From contig JBGAIN010000071.1 in NCBI GenBank assembly GCA_044225505.1, positions 1-39,941 of the forward strand: 39,941 nucleotides of DNA, written 5' to 3'. Made by a program: the position numbers and the translations under genes. Positions 39,342-39,941 of this stretch are shown here, one piece after another. This DNA comes from Limisphaerales bacterium. GTDB taxonomy: Bacteria; Verrucomicrobiota; Verrucomicrobiia; Limisphaerales; SIBE01. Every line of letters begins with the position of its first letter. Position 1 is the first letter of the stretch. The notes under the pieces were generated by a model that had not been told where the DNA came from, made no database searches, and was given only the letters and a program-made list of their open reading frames with translations.

Positions 39342-39692
39342 AGACGCTGGCGCGCAAGGACTAAGGTGTCTTTCGAATTCATTTGCCGCACGGACCCGAG
39401 GGGCAGCGGTGTCTCGGAGCCCGAATCCGACCTTGGGCGCTTGGTCGTTCGCTAGTCACGGCTTGCTGACAGCTTGGTCACAGCGTCGCGAGGCTGTGAG
39501 CAAGCCGTTTACAGGCTGTCCGAGGCTGTTTGAGGTGATGGAACCACCGTTCTTGAGGGTTAGGGCGGGCGCGCAGCTGTCCGCAAATTGTGGACAGAGT
39601 GTGAGACAAATCGCGGTTGCCTAGCCGTTTTGGGAACGGTCCGTTCCCAATTTCCTTAGCCGCAGGTGACGATTTGTCTCCAATCACCGTTT

Positions 39693-39767
39693 GTAGCGGC
39701 CGACGTAAGGAGGCGGAATGAATATCCGTCGGAAATGGAACTATCCACCTGCCACGTCGTCGGCTAC
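39693..39767. repeat. Inverted GTAG-type REP doublet (REPIN-like)
   Basis: GTAGCGGCCGACGTAAGGAGGCGGA ... TCCACCTGCCACGTCGTCGGCTAC are imperfect inverted arms bounded by GTAG/CTAC. Confidence 0.72.
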
Positions 39768-39788
39768 GTACTCTTCAGGCACGCCGTG

Positions 39789-39941
39789 ATCCCAGTGGAA
39801 TCCCACTCCAACCCCGGTCATATCCCCTTCACGAGTGGGCGATGACTGGGATTGGAGCGGGTTCACAGTGGGATTGATACGCTCAGAACCCTATGAGAAC
39901 AGGATGAGACCCCTATCAGAACAGGATCGTGATCCTGTTCT
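39789..39941. repeat. 11-bp-period tandem units arranged as inverted arrays
   Basis: ATCCCAGTGGA/ATCCCACTCCA/ACCCCGGTCAT mirrored at 39842-39874. AGAACCCTATG/AGAACAGGATG/AGACCCCTATC/AGAACAGGATC followed by the exact reverse complement GATCCTGTTCT at the window end. Confidence 0.75.

Noticed and set aside
39083..39364. ORF with a DYDYDYDYE tract
   Set aside because: Simply the translation of the GATTAY hexamer repeat; it also runs across a REP-like element.
38605..39941. CRISPR array or IS element in the repeat-rich end
   Set aside because: No run of three or more identical repeats with unique spacers, and no cas, transposase or integrase ORF.

Overview
A GC-rich bacterial chromosomal segment, most consistent with Verrucomicrobiota (Pedosphaerales-like). 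This taxonomy is inferred from gene families: membrane-anchored extended ECF sigmas, an 'RFYRL' C-terminal tail, PQQ-like propellers and REP types. Left to right: a signalling operon (poly-HAMP hybrid kinase, REC-kinase, Rcp1-like regulator, winged-helix protein, two DUF5985-like membrane proteins); small envelope proteins (twin-CX14C, BON lipoprotein) and a sigma54-type promoter; a UbiA/EboC-like prenyltransferase; a hypothetical gene behind a complete promoter, Cys-rich leader peptide and antiterminator/terminator attenuator; a SpoIID/LytB protein; a 27-N gap; a 1400-aa secreted di-CXXCH/alpha-barrel/HEAT protein; an ECF sigma; a GT-C-like membrane protein; a BlaI/BlaR1(M56) pair with tandem operators; DUF1638; a PQQ-like propeller; a GNAT; a sigma54-type HlyD/ABC/duplicated-permease operon; a YfiC-like methyltransferase; and a second ECF sigma plus hicBA between two 189-bp direct repeats, followed by a REP/palindrome-rich non-coding end. 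Six genes carry single-base frameshifts that look like sequencing errors rather than pseudogenisation. No rRNA, tRNA, CRISPR array or transposase was recognised. The best candidates for undescribed biology are the Cys-leader attenuator (11391-12026), the kinase cascade ending in wHTH plus 2x DUF5985, and the di-heme/cyclase-fold/HEAT protein. Family names come from motif recognition only; no database search was run.
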